Origin: Actinomycetota bacterium
Lineage (GTDB): Bacteria; Actinomycetota; Actinomycetes; JAKEEW01
Direction: 5' to 3'
Length of the DNA: 36,920 nt
Assembly: GCA_046725875.1 (NCBI GenBank)
Contig: JBKOZJ010000193.1
Location: 1-36,920, forward strand
In this document: piece by piece, positions 10,632 to 22,655 of the stretch
Layout: every line of letters begins with the position of its first letter
Position numbering within the stretch: position 1 is the stretch's first letter
Made by a program: the position numbers and the translations under genes
The notes under the pieces: model-generated
Databases searched by the model: none
What the model saw: only the letters and a program-made list of their open reading frames with translations
What the model was told of the DNA's origin: nothing

Positions 10632-11587
10632 TAATCACGCTGACCGACACGACCGCGAGCAAGGTTCAGGCCGCACTGGTGGAGGAGCGCCGCCGGGCCG
10701 GCAGTCCCGCCATGGGGATGGTGCTGACCCTCGTCGTCGTGAGCGATGAAGATGGCTACGAGCCGGCGCTTGTCGCGGCGGGCGAGGCGGCTCGCGAGCA
10801 CCCGTCCCGGATTGTCATCCTCATCGCATCACCCAGCGGTCCGAGCGCCCGGCTCGACGCCGATGTCAGCCTCGGGGGTGACCAGGGACCGGCGGAGACC
10901 ATAGTGCTGCGGCTCACCGGACCGCTCGCCGCACATGCCGACTCGGTCGTGGTACCGCTGCTCGTGCCCGACGCGCCGGTCGTGGTCTGGTGGCCGGGCT
11001 GGGCACCGACCCAGCCGTACGCGGACCACCTCGGCGCGCTCGCCCAGCGCCGGATCACCGATGCGGCAGCGCAGGCGGTGGGGCCACAACCGAACCGTCC
11101 CCGGGCGGGCGACCCCGCCGAGCTCCTGGTGAGCCGGGCCGAGCACTACGCTCCCGGCGACACCGATCTCGCCTGGACCCGGCTCACCCCGTGGCGGAGC
11201 TTGCTCGCCGCGACGCTCGATGCCCCCTATGCATTGATCGACCACGCGTCCGTCGAGGCCGAGCCCGGCAATCCCTCGGCCGCCTTGCTCGCTGCGTGGC
11301 TCTCGAACCGGCTGCGCGTACCCGTACGCAACGGCGAGTCGCCCGGGCCCGGGATCACCGAGGCGAGCCTGCACAGCGCGGACGGCGATATCACCATCAG
11401 CAGGCCGGATGGCGTGCTCGCCAAGCTGTCCGTGCCGGGTCAGCCGGAGCGGTCGGTCGCGCTGAAGCGGCGCTCGCTCTCCGAGCTGCTCGCCGAGGAG
11501 CTGCGCCGGCTCGACCCTGACGAGATCTATGCAGCAACGTTGCGCGAGCTCGCCGAGCATCGCCTGCACGCCGTCGACACATTCTGA
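10628..11587 (+). CDS. opcA: G6PDH assembly protein OpcA
   Basis: EHPSR, LVPDAPVVVWW, RRITD, GDTDLAWTR, EELRRLDPD; GTGA overlap with zwf stop. Confidence 0.93.
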   Translation: MIITLTDTTASKVQAALVEERRRAGSPAMGMVLTLVVVSDEDGYEPALVAAGEAAREHPSRIVILIASPSGPSARLDADVSLGGDQGPAETIVLRLTGPLAAHADSVVVPLLVPDAPVVVWWPGWAPTQPYADHLGALAQRRITDAAAQAVGPQPNRPRAGDPAELLVSRAEHYAPGDTDLAWTRLTPWRSLLAATLDAPYALIDHASVEAEPGNPSAALLAAWLSNRLRVPVRNGESPGPGITEASLHSADGDITISRPDGVLAKLSVPGQPERSVALKRRSLSELLAEELRRLDPDEIYAATLRELAEHRLHAVDTF

Positions 11588-11630
11588 CCGGACAGGATCG
11601 ATGGTCCGCCAGTCATCGGGAGGTGGGTAC

Positions 11631-12416
11631 ATGAGCACCCCGACGGTGATCGTGCACCGGGACCCGACCTTGCTCGCACAGGCCGTCGCGGCGCGCCTGG
11701 TGACCCGGATCGTGGACGCGCAGGCCGCGCAGGACCGGGCGTCGGTCGGGTTGACCGGCGGAGGCATGGGATCGGCGTCGCTGGCCGCAATCGCGTCGTC
11801 GCCCGCGCGTGACGTGGTCGACTGGCGGCGCCTGTCCGTGTGGTGGGGCGACGAGCGGTTCCTCCCAACCGGGGACTCGGAGCGTAACGAGACGCAGGCG
11901 CGCGCCGCCCTGCTCGACCACGTCGACCTCGACCCCATAAACGTGCACCCGATGGGAGCCTCCGACGGCCCGGACGGCAACGACCCGGAGGCCGCGGCGG
12001 AGCGCTATGCCGAGGAGCTGCGCAAGGCGGTCGGTCCGGGCGACCACGGCGACGTGCCGGCGTTCGACGTGCTGTTGCTCGGCGTCGGCCCGGATGCGCA
12101 CATCGCGTCCTTGTTCCCCGAGATGCCCGCGTTGTACGAGGAGGAACGCACTGTGGTGGCCGTGCACGGCGCGCCGAAGCCGCCGCCGACCCGGCTGACC
12201 TTGACCTTCCCGGCGATCCACGCCGCCAAGGAGGTGTGGCTGGTCGCGGCGGGCACCGATAAGGCGCGCGCGGTCCGGCTGGCCCTCTCGTCCGACGCGG
12301 GACCGATCCAGGTGCCGGCCGCCGGAGCACGCGGCCAGCTGCGCACGCTGGCCTTGCTCGACCGCACGTCGGCGGCCGAGCTGCCTCCGTCGCTCAGCCG
12401 CCTCGCATCTCCCTAG
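11631..12416 (+). CDS. pgl: 6-phosphogluconolactonase
   Basis: LTGG, WWGDER, LLGVGPDAHIASLFP, PKPPP.R; GGAGG RBS. Confidence 0.95.
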   Translation: MSTPTVIVHRDPTLLAQAVAARLVTRIVDAQAAQDRASVGLTGGGMGSASLAAIASSPARDVVDWRRLSVWWGDERFLPTGDSERNETQARAALLDHVDLDPINVHPMGASDGPDGNDPEAAAERYAEELRKAVGPGDHGDVPAFDVLLLGVGPDAHIASLFPEMPALYEEERTVVAVHGAPKPPPTRLTLTFPAIHAAKEVWLVAAGTDKARAVRLALSSDAGPIQVPAAGARGQLRTLALLDRTSAAELPPSLSRLASP

Positions 12417-12556
12417 TTCTGGTCGAGTTCTGGTCGAGCCCATTTCCTTCATGACTGCCGAGGCCGCTTGGCGGGCGCCGGACACTCGGCCGGACCATTC
12501 ACCTCTTCTGGGAAGCCCCCAGACTGCGGCGCCTACCTGGCGCGGTTTTCACTCAC

Positions 12557-12584
12557 TGGAAGCGCTTACTAGCGCTTGCTAGCG
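12557..12584. promoter_or_regulatory. Putative LacI-family operator(s) upstream of the alpha-glucosidase
   Basis: TGGAAGCGCTTACT with the central AAGCGCTT palindrome typical of LacI/GalR sites; AGCG(CTT) repeats at 12561, 12571 and 12581. Confidence 0.55.
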
Positions 12585-12623
12585 TCGGTAGTTCGGCGGC
12601 GAAACCACGATCGAGGGAGCGTG

Positions 12624-14225
12624 ATGGGCGAGCGGCCGGGTGGCTGGTGGCGGCGTGCGGTGATCTACGAGGTCTATATCCGTAGCTTCGCCGACGGCGA
12701 CAGCGATGGTGTCGGGGATCTCCTCGGCGTTCGACGGCGGCTGCCCTACCTGCGGGAGCTCGGCATCGACGCGATCTGGCTGACTCCGTTCTACCGGTCG
12801 CCGATGGCCGACGGCGGCTACGACGTCGCGGACCACCGCGACGTCGATCCCCTCTTCGGCACAATGGAGGACTTCGACCTGCTCCTCGAAGCCGCGCATG
12901 ACCTCGGTCTGCGGCTGATCGTCGACATTGTGCCGAACCACACGTCGGCCGAGCACCCCTGGTTCGTCGAGGCGCTCGCCGCCGAGTCAGGCAGCAGACT
13001 GCGCGACCGGTACATCTTCCGTCCCGGCCTCGGAAAGGATGGCGCCGAGCCGCCGAACGACTGGGAGTCGGTCTTCGGCGGTCCAGCATGGACCCGGACA
13101 AAGGGCGCCGACGGGTCCCCTGGTGAGTGGTATCTGCACTTGTTCGCACCGGAGCAGCCCGACCTCAACTGGGCGAGCCCCCACGTCCGCGCCGAGTACG
13201 CCGCGATCCTACGGTTCTGGCTTGACCGTGGTGTCGACGGCATCCGAATCGACGTCGCGCACGGGCTGGTAAAGGATCCGACCTTCCGGAACGCCGGAGT
13301 GCGCCGCCGGCGGGAGCGTCCTGGCGCCGAGCCGGTACCGTACTTCGACCAGGATGGCGTCCACGAGATCTACCGGGAGTGGCGGAACATCCTGGAGAGC
13401 TACCCGGGCGAGCGAATGGCGGTCGCGGAGGCCTGGGTTAGCGGAGCCGACCGGATCGCCCGTTACGTGCGCCCGGACGAGCTGCACCAAGCTTTCAACT
13501 TCGACTTCCTCAAGGCGCCGTGGGACGCGGCGAGGCTGCGGGCCGTGATCGACGGCTCGTTGGCCAGCACGGCCGCCATCGGCACTCCCTCCACCTGGGT
13601 GCTGTCCAACCACGATGTCGCCCGCCATCCGACCCGCTACGGCGGCGGGGTACGGGGGTTCCGCCGAGCGCGTGCGGCGCTGCTGCTGATGCTTGCCCTG
13701 CCGGGCTCGGCCTATCTCTATCAAGGCGAGGAGCTCGGTCTACCCGAAGTCAACGACCTGCCCGAGGACGTACTCCAGGACCCGATCTGGCGGCGGTCCG
13801 GCCACGCCGACCGCGGCCGGGACGGGTCCCGGGTCCCGATGCCCTGGTCCGGCGACCGCCCGCAGCTTGGCTTTACCACGGCCGGTGTGCGGCCGTGGCT
13901 TCCCATTCCGGATTCCTGGCGGCGGCTTGCCGTCGACCGGCAGGAGGAGGACCCGAACTCCACCTTGCTGCTCTACCGGGCCGCGCTCCGACTTCGGCGG
14001 GAGCATCCCGCGCTCGGCGACGGCACCTTGATCTGGCTCGAATCACCGCGCCAAGTGTTGAGCTTCCAGCGCGATCCTGGCTTCGTCTGCGCGGTGAACC
14101 TGGGAGATGAGCCCGTCGCGGTTCCGGCCGCCGGCACACTGGTTTGCGCCAGCGGGCCGGTGGAGCAAATGGACCATGGCCGGCTGCTGCCTCCCGACAC
14201 AGCAATCTGGCTGAATACCCGCTGA
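12624..14225 (+). CDS. GH13 alpha-glucosidase / oligo-1,6-glucosidase
   Basis: YIRSFAD, DIVPNH, catalytic RIDVAHG, AEAW, SNHD, YQGEELGL, GRDGSRVP. Confidence 0.93.
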   Translation: MGERPGGWWRRAVIYEVYIRSFADGDSDGVGDLLGVRRRLPYLRELGIDAIWLTPFYRSPMADGGYDVADHRDVDPLFGTMEDFDLLLEAAHDLGLRLIVDIVPNHTSAEHPWFVEALAAESGSRLRDRYIFRPGLGKDGAEPPNDWESVFGGPAWTRTKGADGSPGEWYLHLFAPEQPDLNWASPHVRAEYAAILRFWLDRGVDGIRIDVAHGLVKDPTFRNAGVRRRRERPGAEPVPYFDQDGVHEIYREWRNILESYPGERMAVAEAWVSGADRIARYVRPDELHQAFNFDFLKAPWDAARLRAVIDGSLASTAAIGTPSTWVLSNHDVARHPTRYGGGVRGFRRARAALLLMLALPGSAYLYQGEELGLPEVNDLPEDVLQDPIWRRSGHADRGRDGSRVPMPWSGDRPQLGFTTAGVRPWLPIPDSWRRLAVDRQEEDPNSTLLLYRAALRLRREHPALGDGTLIWLESPRQVLSFQRDPGFVCAVNLGDEPVAVPAAGTLVCASGPVEQMDHGRLLPPDTAIWLNTR

Positions 14226-14256
14226 GGAGCCCGCGGACGAGGCCGGGCCCGCCCGA

Positions 14257-15294
14257 TCAGGTGGTAGCGGCGGCGGGTACCCGAGCCGGCGGCGCAGTCG
14301 ACCCGCGGACGATCAGCTCGGTGCGGAAGACGTACTCATCGGAGGGCGTGCCCTCGCCACGGATCAGGTCCACCAATGCGCGCACCGCCGCGACCGACAT
14401 CGACCGCACCGGCTGCTGGATCGTCGTCAGCGCCGGCTCGGTAAAGGCCAGGAGCGGCGAGTCGTCGTACCCCACAATCGACACCTCGCCCGGTACCGCA
14501 AGCCCCCGCTGGTGCGCCGCTCGAATTGCTCCCAGGGCCATCATGTCGGACCCGCAGACGATGCCCGTCGCGCCACGGTAAAGCAACCGGTCGGCGGCCG
14601 CCTGCCCACCCTCCACGCCGAAGAGGGACAGCGCGACCAGCTCGTCGAGCTCAGGTTGCGAGAGCCCGAGCAGCCGCTGCATGGCCGCGCTGTACCCCGC
14701 GATCTTTCGTTGTACAGGAAGGAAGCGGCGCGGTCCGCTGATCAGTCCGATTCGCCGGTGACCGAGGGACGCGAGGTGAGTCACGGCGGTTTCGCTGGCG
14801 GAGCGCTCGTCGCTGGACACGAACGGCGCCTCGATGCCCGGCATGTAGCCGTTGATCAGCACGATCGGCAGGTGCCGCTCGACCAGCCTCTGGTAGCGCT
14901 CCGGTCCGGTCGTGGTGTCTGCGTGGAGGCCGGACACGAAGATGATCCCCGAGACGCCGCGGTCTAGCAGCATCTCGACGTATTCGTCCTCGGTAACCCC
15001 CCCGGGCGTCTGCGGGCAGAGCACCGACATATAGCCGTGCTGGGCCAGCATCCTCCCGATGGCCTGCGCAAAAATCGAGAAGATCGAGTTCTCGAGCTCG
15101 GGCACGACCAGCCCGACCAGACCCGCGCTGCGGGCGCGCAGCCGCTCCGGGCGCTCGTATCCGAGGACGTCGAGCGCGGTGAGGACTGCCTGGCGCGCGT
15201 CGGCACTAACCCCCGGACGGCCGTTGAGTACCCGGGAGACCGTAGCCTCGCTCACTCCGGCCCGTCCGGCAACGTCAGCCAATCGCGCTCGCAT
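14257..15294 (-). CDS. LacI-family regulator (MalR-like)
   Basis: LADVA..AGVSEATVSRVLN HTH; periplasmic-binding-fold C-terminus (VGYDDS, LTTIQQP, ELIVRGST). Confidence 0.92.
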   Translation of the reverse strand: MRARLADVAGRAGVSEATVSRVLNGRPGVSADARQAVLTALDVLGYERPERLRARSAGLVGLVVPELENSIFSIFAQAIGRMLAQHGYMSVLCPQTPGGVTEDEYVEMLLDRGVSGIIFVSGLHADTTTGPERYQRLVERHLPIVLINGYMPGIEAPFVSSDERSASETAVTHLASLGHRRIGLISGPRRFLPVQRKIAGYSAAMQRLLGLSQPELDELVALSLFGVEGGQAAADRLLYRGATGIVCGSDMMALGAIRAAHQRGLAVPGEVSIVGYDDSPLLAFTEPALTTIQQPVRSMSVAAVRALVDLIRGEGTPSDEYVFRTELIVRGSTAPPARVPAAATT

Positions 15295-15340
15295 GCGGAA
15301 AGGTTACGCATAAATGACATATCGGCTGTAACGTTGCAGC
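15295..15340 (-). promoter_or_regulatory. Probable leaderless promoter and autoregulatory operator of the LacI gene
   Basis: TAACCT (-10, 15301-15306 on minus strand) lies 6 nt before the ATG; near-perfect palindrome GCTGTAACGTTGCAGC at 15325-15340. Confidence 0.55.
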
Positions 15341-15452
15341 ACAGTTTCACAAGATATTTCGTTACTTGGAAGAATCCGGCTAGATTCCGGGGCCTTTTAG
15401 TGAGGCAGAACTCGGCACCGCGACGGGCGCCGTATGACACAGTCCCGATGTG

Positions 15453-16007
15453 ATGAAGACGCAGTACTACACCGCGACGAGTATCGACGGATTCATCGCG
15501 GACGAGCACAACTCGCTTGATTGGCTCTTCGCCGTCGAGCGAGACACCGACGACTTTCCGGCGTTCTTTGCGAATGTAGGGGCGTTCGCGGCCGGTGCCA
15601 CCACCTATCGCTGGCTCCTGGAGCACGAGCGGCTGCTGGACGAGCCGGCCAACTGGCGCCGCTGGTACGGCCAGACGCCGGCCTGGGTGTTCACGCACCA
15701 CGACCTACCCGCCATACCCGGCGCGGTCCTGACCTTCGTGAGTGAAGACGTCCGGCCGGTTCACGCGGCCATGGTGGAGGCGGCACGTGGCAGGAATATT
15801 TGGCTCGTCGGTGGCGGTGAGCTGGTGGGGAGCTTCGCCGACCACGGGCTGCTCGACGAGGTCATCCTTGGCGTTGCGCCGGTCACCCTTGGGGCCGGGG
15901 CACCGGTGCTTCCCCGGAGGCTGGGGTCATCCCAGCTCAAGCTGCGGGACGTTCGCCGCAATGGGCAACTCGTACAGCTCACCTACGAGGTCCGGAACCC
16001 TTCGTAA
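15453..16007 (+). CDS. Dihydrofolate reductase / RibD C-terminal domain family protein
   Basis: ATSIDGFIAD, LDWL, GATTY.W, WLVGGGEL, GLLDE, APVTLGAG. Confidence 0.88.
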   Translation: MKTQYYTATSIDGFIADEHNSLDWLFAVERDTDDFPAFFANVGAFAAGATTYRWLLEHERLLDEPANWRRWYGQTPAWVFTHHDLPAIPGAVLTFVSEDVRPVHAAMVEAARGRNIWLVGGGELVGSFADHGLLDEVILGVAPVTLGAGAPVLPRRLGSSQLKLRDVRRNGQLVQLTYEVRNPS

Positions 16008-16173
16008 AGCCGAATCCCTTGGTTCGTGACGTGCCGCGCGTCCGGCGCAGCACGACCCGGCGGCCGCCACCGTCGCTGGTGCCCGATCGAGCGGCGGCCA
16101 CCGCGGGAGACGAACTCCGGCGGCCGCCGTTATCGGGGTTGGGCGGGGACGCCCCCTCAGTCGGACGCTGCCG

Positions 16174-16524
16174 TCACCACGGACGGCCCGTCGTCCGCAG
16201 CTTCTCCAAGGCTTCGGCGAGGATGGCCTCGCCGTCTGCCTCGCTGCGCCGCTCGCGCACATATGCCAGATGTGTCTTATACGGCTCGGTCCGCGGTGGC
16301 GCCGGCGGGCTCTCGTGGTCACGACCGGCTGGAAGGCCGCACCGCGGGCAGTCCCAGGTGTCGGGAATCTGCACGCTGCTGTCCTCGGCGAAGCTCGGCC
16401 GGGTCTCGTGCCCATTCGCGCACCAATAGGAGATCCGGAAGCGAGGAGCGGAATCGCCGCGCTCCGCCTCCCCCATCGGTCCGGCGCCAACCCGGCTGCC
16501 TCTGATGGCGTTACCACTTGCCAC
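16174..16524 (-). CDS. rbpA: RNA polymerase-binding protein RbpA
   Basis: AIRGSRVGAG, YWCANGH, WDCPRCG, KTHLAYV.ERR motifs. Confidence 0.95.
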   Translation of the reverse strand: MASGNAIRGSRVGAGPMGEAERGDSAPRFRISYWCANGHETRPSFAEDSSVQIPDTWDCPRCGLPAGRDHESPPAPPRTEPYKTHLAYVRERRSEADGEAILAEALEKLRTTGRPW

Positions 16525-16699
16525 TGACGTACTCCCTGCGAATGGTGACTACGGTTGGCACGGCCAAACCAGTGTAAGGACGAGTAGGTGCGAGAGTGGT
16601 GGCCTTCCTTGCATTGAGCTTGCACTTGCGACCCGGAAGCCGGTGCCAGCACAGCATTGGCGCGAGCAGCTGGTGACCCACGCCTCCGGTCGCGACCAC

Positions 16700-16933
16700 T
16701 CACGTGTTCTTCAATAGCAGACCAAGAGCGATGATCGAGGCGGCCCACACGACGCCGATGAAGTAGGTGATTCGATCGAGGTTGCGTTCGACGACAGACG
16801 AACCGCCCAGCGAAGCGGACATGCCACCCCCGAACAAGTCAGAGAGGCCACCGCCCTTGCCCTTGTGCAACAGGACGAGCAATACCAGCAGGCTGCTGGT
16901 CACGATCAGCACCAGCGAGAGCGCGATGACCAC
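16700..16933 (-). CDS. secG: Preprotein translocase subunit SecG
   Basis: LLHKGKGGGLSDLFGGG, ERNLDRIT; synteny with tpiA; start set at GTG 16933. Confidence 0.93.
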   Translation of the reverse strand: MVIALSLVLIVTSSLLVLLVLLHKGKGGGLSDLFGGGMSASLGGSSVVERNLDRITYFIGVVWAASIIALGLLLKNT

Positions 16934-17179
16934 GGTCGCTTCCAGATCTTCGTCGGGATCAATGGTCCAAGTTGCTGCCCGGCCGGCGTGAACCTCGGTC
17001 AAGACGGCTAGGCACGGCCAGCCTACGTCACCATGAGAGAGATTCAGCTCACCGCGGCCCGGCCACCTCCGACTTACTCGCCCGGCCGCGGGTCGTCCGA
17101 AGCCCGGCGGTGCTCGGGCTCGCCCAGCTTTGCGCCGCAACGAGGACTCGCTGCGGTTTCCCGCGCTCGTGAGCGGTGG

Positions 17180-17977
17180 CTAATCATCGCCTTCCAGATC
17201 CCGATAGCGGCAGATACGGACGAACTCCTCCGGATCGAGGCTCGCGCCGCCAACCAGCGCCCCGTCCACGTCGGGCGACGCCATGATCCCGGCGATGTTG
17301 TCCGCCTTGACCGACCCGCCGTACAAGATCCTCATATGATCGGCGAGGTCGCCCGAGTAGAGGTCGGCCACGCGCGATCGGATCGCGCTGCCGGTCTCCT
17401 GCGCGTCCTCAGGCGTGGCCACCTCGCCGGTCCCGATCGCCCAAACCGGTTCGTACGCGATCACCACCCGGCGGGCCTCAGGCGCGGTGATGCCGGCTAG
17501 GGCGCCCTCGAGCTGGCCGAGCGTGTGCGGGATATGCCGGCCTTCGCGGCGGACCTCCAGGCCCTCGCCGATGCAGATGATCGGTGCGATGTCGTGCCTT
17601 AGTGTGATCTTCACCTTGGCGTTGACGGTCGCGTCGTCCTCGCAGTGATACTGCCGCCGCTCGGAGTGGCCAACGACGACGTACTGGCAGCCGAGTTTGG
17701 CCAGCATGCCGGCGGAGACCTCGCCGGTATACGCGCCGTTCTCATGCGCCGACACGTCCTGGGCGCCGTACTGGATCAGTAGCCGGTCCCCCGCGATCAG
17801 CGTCTGAATCGAGCGAAGATCGGTGTAGGGCGGGAGAACTGCGACATCGACCGCCCCGAAGTCCTTTTCGGTGAGCGAGAATGCGAGCTTCTGGACATGG
17901 GCGATGGCCTCGAGGTGGTTCAGGTTCATCTTCCAGTTGCCGGCCATCAGCGCACGCCGCTGCCCTTCCCTGCTCAC
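17180..17977 (-). CDS. tpiA: Triosephosphate isomerase
   Basis: [37 protein letters not shown]. Confidence 0.98.
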   Translation of the reverse strand: MSREGQRRALMAGNWKMNLNHLEAIAHVQKLAFSLTEKDFGAVDVAVLPPYTDLRSIQTLIAGDRLLIQYGAQDVSAHENGAYTGEVSAGMLAKLGCQYVVVGHSERRQYHCEDDATVNAKVKITLRHDIAPIICIGEGLEVRREGRHIPHTLGQLEGALAGITAPEARRVVIAYEPVWAIGTGEVATPEDAQETGSAIRSRVADLYSGDLADHMRILYGGSVKADNIAGIMASPDVDGALVGGASLDPEEFVRICRYRDLEGDD

Positions 17978-19186
17978 TCAATCCTCCAGGGCGGCGAGGC
18001 CGGGCAGCCGCTTGCCCTCGAGGTACTCCAAGGAAGCGCCGCCGCCGGTGGAGATGTGGCCGAACGCGCCGTCCGGGAACCCAAGCTGCCGAACGGCCGC
18101 GGCCGAGTCGCCGCCACCCACGACCGTCAGGCCGTCGACCCTGGTTAGTGCCTCCGCGACCGCGCGGGTGCCGTATGTGTAAGGCTTCATCTCGAAGACA
18201 CCCATCGGCCCGTTCCAGAAGACGGTCCGTACATCCGCGAGCCGGGCCGCGAACAGCCGCGCCGAGCCGGGCCCGATGTCCACCCCGATGCGGTCGACTG
18301 GGATCGCGTCGACCGGATAGACGTCGTGCGGCGCGTTTGCGGCGAACTCGGTTGCGGCCACCACGTCGGTCGGGAGTACGAGCTCCACGCCGCGCTTGTC
18401 CGCCTCGGCGAAGTAGCCGCGCACCTCGTCGAGCTGGTCTTCCTCGAGCAGCGACTTCCCGACCTCGTATTCCTGGGCGGCGAGGAAGGTAAAGACCATG
18501 CCACCGCCGATCAGCAGCCGGTCCGCAATCTGCAGCAGGTTGGCGATCACACCCAGCTTGTCGGAGACCTTGGCGCCCCCCAGGATGACGGCATAAGGGC
18601 GCTGAGGGTTCTCGGTCAGCCGCCGGAGCACCTGCACTTCGGCGAGTACCAGCAGCCCCGCGGCGTGCGGCCGCAGCCGCGGTACCTCGTACACGGACGC
18701 GTGCTTGCGGTGAAGCGCGCCGAAGCCGTCGCCAACGTACACGTCAGCTAGCCCGGCGAGCCGATCCGCGAAGCCCGCCCGGGCCGCGTCGTCCTTGCTC
18801 TCCTCACCCGGCTCAAAGCGCAGGTTCTCGAGCATGGCCACCTCGGCGTCGGCCAGCGCACCAACCGTCTGCTGCGCCGACTCGCCGACCACGTCGGTCG
18901 CGAGCTGTACCTGAGCATTTAGCAGGTCGCCGAGCCGGCGAGCCACCGGAGCGAGTGAGAACTCGGGCTTGACCTGGCCCTTCGGCCGTCCGAGGTGGGC
19001 GCAGACGATCGTCCGCGCGCCCCGGCTACGGAGCTCATTGATCGTCGGCAGGCTCGCCCGGATCCGTCCGTCGTCGGTGATGACGGGTTCGGTTCGGTCG
19101 TCACCGCGGTCGAGCGGAACGTTCAGATCCGCCCGGACGAGCACCCGCCGCCCGCGCAAGTCGCCCAGGTCATCGATCGTCTTCAT
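17978..19186 (-). CDS. pgk: Phosphoglycerate kinase
   Basis: RADLNVP, HLGRP, LENLRF, GGAKVSDK, WNGPMGVFE, HISTGGGASL. Confidence 0.98.
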   Translation of the reverse strand: MKTIDDLGDLRGRRVLVRADLNVPLDRGDDRTEPVITDDGRIRASLPTINELRSRGARTIVCAHLGRPKGQVKPEFSLAPVARRLGDLLNAQVQLATDVVGESAQQTVGALADAEVAMLENLRFEPGEESKDDAARAGFADRLAGLADVYVGDGFGALHRKHASVYEVPRLRPHAAGLLVLAEVQVLRRLTENPQRPYAVILGGAKVSDKLGVIANLLQIADRLLIGGGMVFTFLAAQEYEVGKSLLEEDQLDEVRGYFAEADKRGVELVLPTDVVAATEFAANAPHDVYPVDAIPVDRIGVDIGPGSARLFAARLADVRTVFWNGPMGVFEMKPYTYGTRAVAEALTRVDGLTVVGGGDSAAAVRQLGFPDGAFGHISTGGGASLEYLEGKRLPGLAALED

Positions 19187-19210
19187 CGCTCCCCTTCCCC
19201 CGCCGTTCCG

Positions 19211-19289
19211 ATGAATGTGCCGTTCGCTCGATAGGTTCGAGTCAACGGCACATTCATCGGTAGGCGGATCGAGTGAACGGCCCGTTCGA
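19211..19289 (-). repeat. REP-like tripartite palindromic element, copy B (inverted)
   Basis: Hairpin 19208-19260 with 17-bp perfect arms; reverse complement of the 47-bp core matches copy C at 42/47. Confidence 0.85.
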
Positions 19290-19327
19290 TCGAATCGGCC
19301 GGACGGATGTGGCGCTACAGCAAGTTC

Positions 19328-20531
<1,204 letters not shown>

Positions 20532-20553
20532 TCCAGACAGAGTGCGGGCGGTG

Positions 20554-21534
20554 TCAGGTGGAGAGGAGCTCGGGCGACAGGCTGGACTCGGTGTCGGGGA
20601 TGCCGAGCTCGGTGGCCCGGCGGTCGGCCATTGCGAGCAGCCGCCGGATTCGGCCCGCGATCGCGTCCTTGGTCAGCGGTGGGTCGGCCAGCTGACCAAG
20701 CTCCTCCAGGCTGGCCTGCCGGTTGGCGATCCGGAGCTGCCCAGCGGACGCGAGGTGCGGCGGCACATCGTCGCCGAGGATCTCCAGCGCGCGCTCGACT
20801 CGCGCGCCGGAGGCCACCGCCGCACGCGCCGAGCGGCGCAGGTTGGCGTCGTCGAAGTTGGCGAGCCGGTTGGCGGTCGCGCGCACCTCCCGACGCATCC
20901 GCCGTTCCTCCCAGGCGAGCACGCTCTCGTGGGCGCCGATCCGAGTTAGGAGAGCACCGATCGCATCGCCGTCCCGTACCACCACGCGGTCCGCGCCACG
21001 TACCTCCCGCGCCTTGGCCGGTACCCCCAGCCGGCGGGCGGCCCCGACCAGCGCGAGCGCGGCCTCCGGACCCGGACATGTGATCTCGAGCGCAGAAGAC
21101 CGGCCCGGCTCGGTGAGCGAGCCGTGCGCGATGAACGCCCCGCGCCAGGCGGCGGCCGCGTCACAAACCGCGCCGGACACGACCGGCGGTGGCAGGCCAC
21201 GCACGGGCCGGCCCTGCCCGTCGACCAGCCCGGTCTGGCGGGCCAGCGCGTCGCCATCATGGGCGACCCTGATCAGCCAGCGGTTGTGCTTGCGCAGGCC
21301 CCCCGGTGCCATCACCGCGACCTCAGACGCATGCCCGAAGACCTCGGCGATGTCCTTACGCAGTCGTCGTGCGGCGGCGCCGGTGTCGAGCTCGGCCTCC
21401 ACCACGATGCGGCCCGTTACCACGTGCAAACCGCCAGCGAACCGCAGCAGCGAGGACACCTCCGCTTTGCGGCAGCACTGCTTGGTGACGAGGAGCCTGG
21501 CGAGCTCGTCCTTCACGGATGCGGTCATCGCCAT
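20554..21534 (-). CDS. whiA: DNA-binding protein WhiA
   Basis: [53 protein letters not shown]. Confidence 0.96.
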   Translation of the reverse strand: MAMTASVKDELARLLVTKQCCRKAEVSSLLRFAGGLHVVTGRIVVEAELDTGAAARRLRKDIAEVFGHASEVAVMAPGGLRKHNRWLIRVAHDGDALARQTGLVDGQGRPVRGLPPPVVSGAVCDAAAAWRGAFIAHGSLTEPGRSSALEITCPGPEAALALVGAARRLGVPAKAREVRGADRVVVRDGDAIGALLTRIGAHESVLAWEERRMRREVRATANRLANFDDANLRRSARAAVASGARVERALEILGDDVPPHLASAGQLRIANRQASLEELGQLADPPLTKDAIAGRIRRLLAMADRRATELGIPDTESSLSPELLST

Positions 21535-21538
21535 GGGC

Positions 21539-22540
21539 TCAGATTGTTCCAGACAGAACGGCCGCGTAAGCGCCAGCGAGTCGGATCGGGTCGTGCCGTG
21601 GCGTACCGTCGCCGAGCGCGACCGGGGCAAGCAGCACGCTGGCCCCAAGGCTGGCCGCGGCGCCTTCGAGCCCAGATATATCCGTAACCGCCGTCTCGTC
21701 CGCGACCACCGCGTCGACGCGTAGCTCCGGAGCATGCCGGCGCAGGACGTCGAGGTGCGCCGCGGGCGAGAACCCCGTCGTCTCGCCAGGCTGGGGGGCA
21801 AGATTGAGTACGACGCCACGCCGGGCGTCGGTCTCCACCAACGCCTTTCTGAGGTCCGGCACGAGCAGATGCGGCAGCACGCTGGTGAACCACGAGCCAG
21901 GACCGAGGAATACCCAGTCCGCGGCCGTGATCGCCTCTAGCGCCTCGGTGCATGCCGGCGGGTCCGCGGGGATGAGCCGGATCTCCTCGACTGGCCACGG
22001 TGAGGTGGCAACGGCCTCCTGACCGCGCACGACGGCCGCTCGCATCCGGCCGTCCAGCGTGGTGCCCCGATCGACCACGACACGGACGGTGGCCTCGATG
22101 TCGAGCGGCACCGCCGCCATGGGTAGCACCCGACCCCGCGCGCCAAGCAACCGCGCCACCCAGTCCAGCCCGCTGACTGGATCGCCGAGCCGCTCCCAAA
22201 GCGCGACGATGAGCAGGTTGCCGACTGCGTGGCCCTTCAACTCACCGTCGTGCGCGAACCGGTGCTGCAGCACCTCACTCCATGTGCGACCCCACTCGTC
22301 GTCGCCGCACAGCGCCGCCAGCGCCATGCGGAGATCTCCGGGCGGCAACACCCCGAGCTGCCGGCGGAGGCGACCACTCGACCCACCATCGTCGGCCACC
22401 GTCACGACGGCGGTCAGCCGATCGGTTACGTGGCGAAGCGCCGCGAGGGACGCCGCCAGCCCATGGCCGCCGCCAAGCGTGACCACGCTCGGCCGGGCCT
22501 TCGTGGGCTCGATGTCGCGAATGATGGGCGCACCGCTCAC
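21539..22540 (-). CDS. yvcK: YvcK/CuvA gluconeogenesis factor (UDP-GlcNAc-binding)
   Basis: [43 protein letters not shown]; start 22540 (GGAGG RBS) or 22582. Confidence 0.93.
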   Translation of the reverse strand: MSGAPIIRDIEPTKARPSVVTLGGGHGLAASLAALRHVTDRLTAVVTVADDGGSSGRLRRQLGVLPPGDLRMALAALCGDDEWGRTWSEVLQHRFAHDGELKGHAVGNLLIVALWERLGDPVSGLDWVARLLGARGRVLPMAAVPLDIEATVRVVVDRGTTLDGRMRAAVVRGQEAVATSPWPVEEIRLIPADPPACTEALEAITAADWVFLGPGSWFTSVLPHLLVPDLRKALVETDARRGVVLNLAPQPGETTGFSPAAHLDVLRRHAPELRVDAVVADETAVTDISGLEGAAASLGASVLLAPVALGDGTPRHDPIRLAGAYAAVLSGTI

Positions 22541-22655
22541 GATGTCGCCGTCCTCCAGCGACCCCCGGTCGCTACGCCCCATTGTGCGTGGAGCCGTAGC
22601 GAAGCCGACAGCGGGTTGCCGCCCGTGCCGCGCTGTTGTATTGCCGGCCGTCCGG

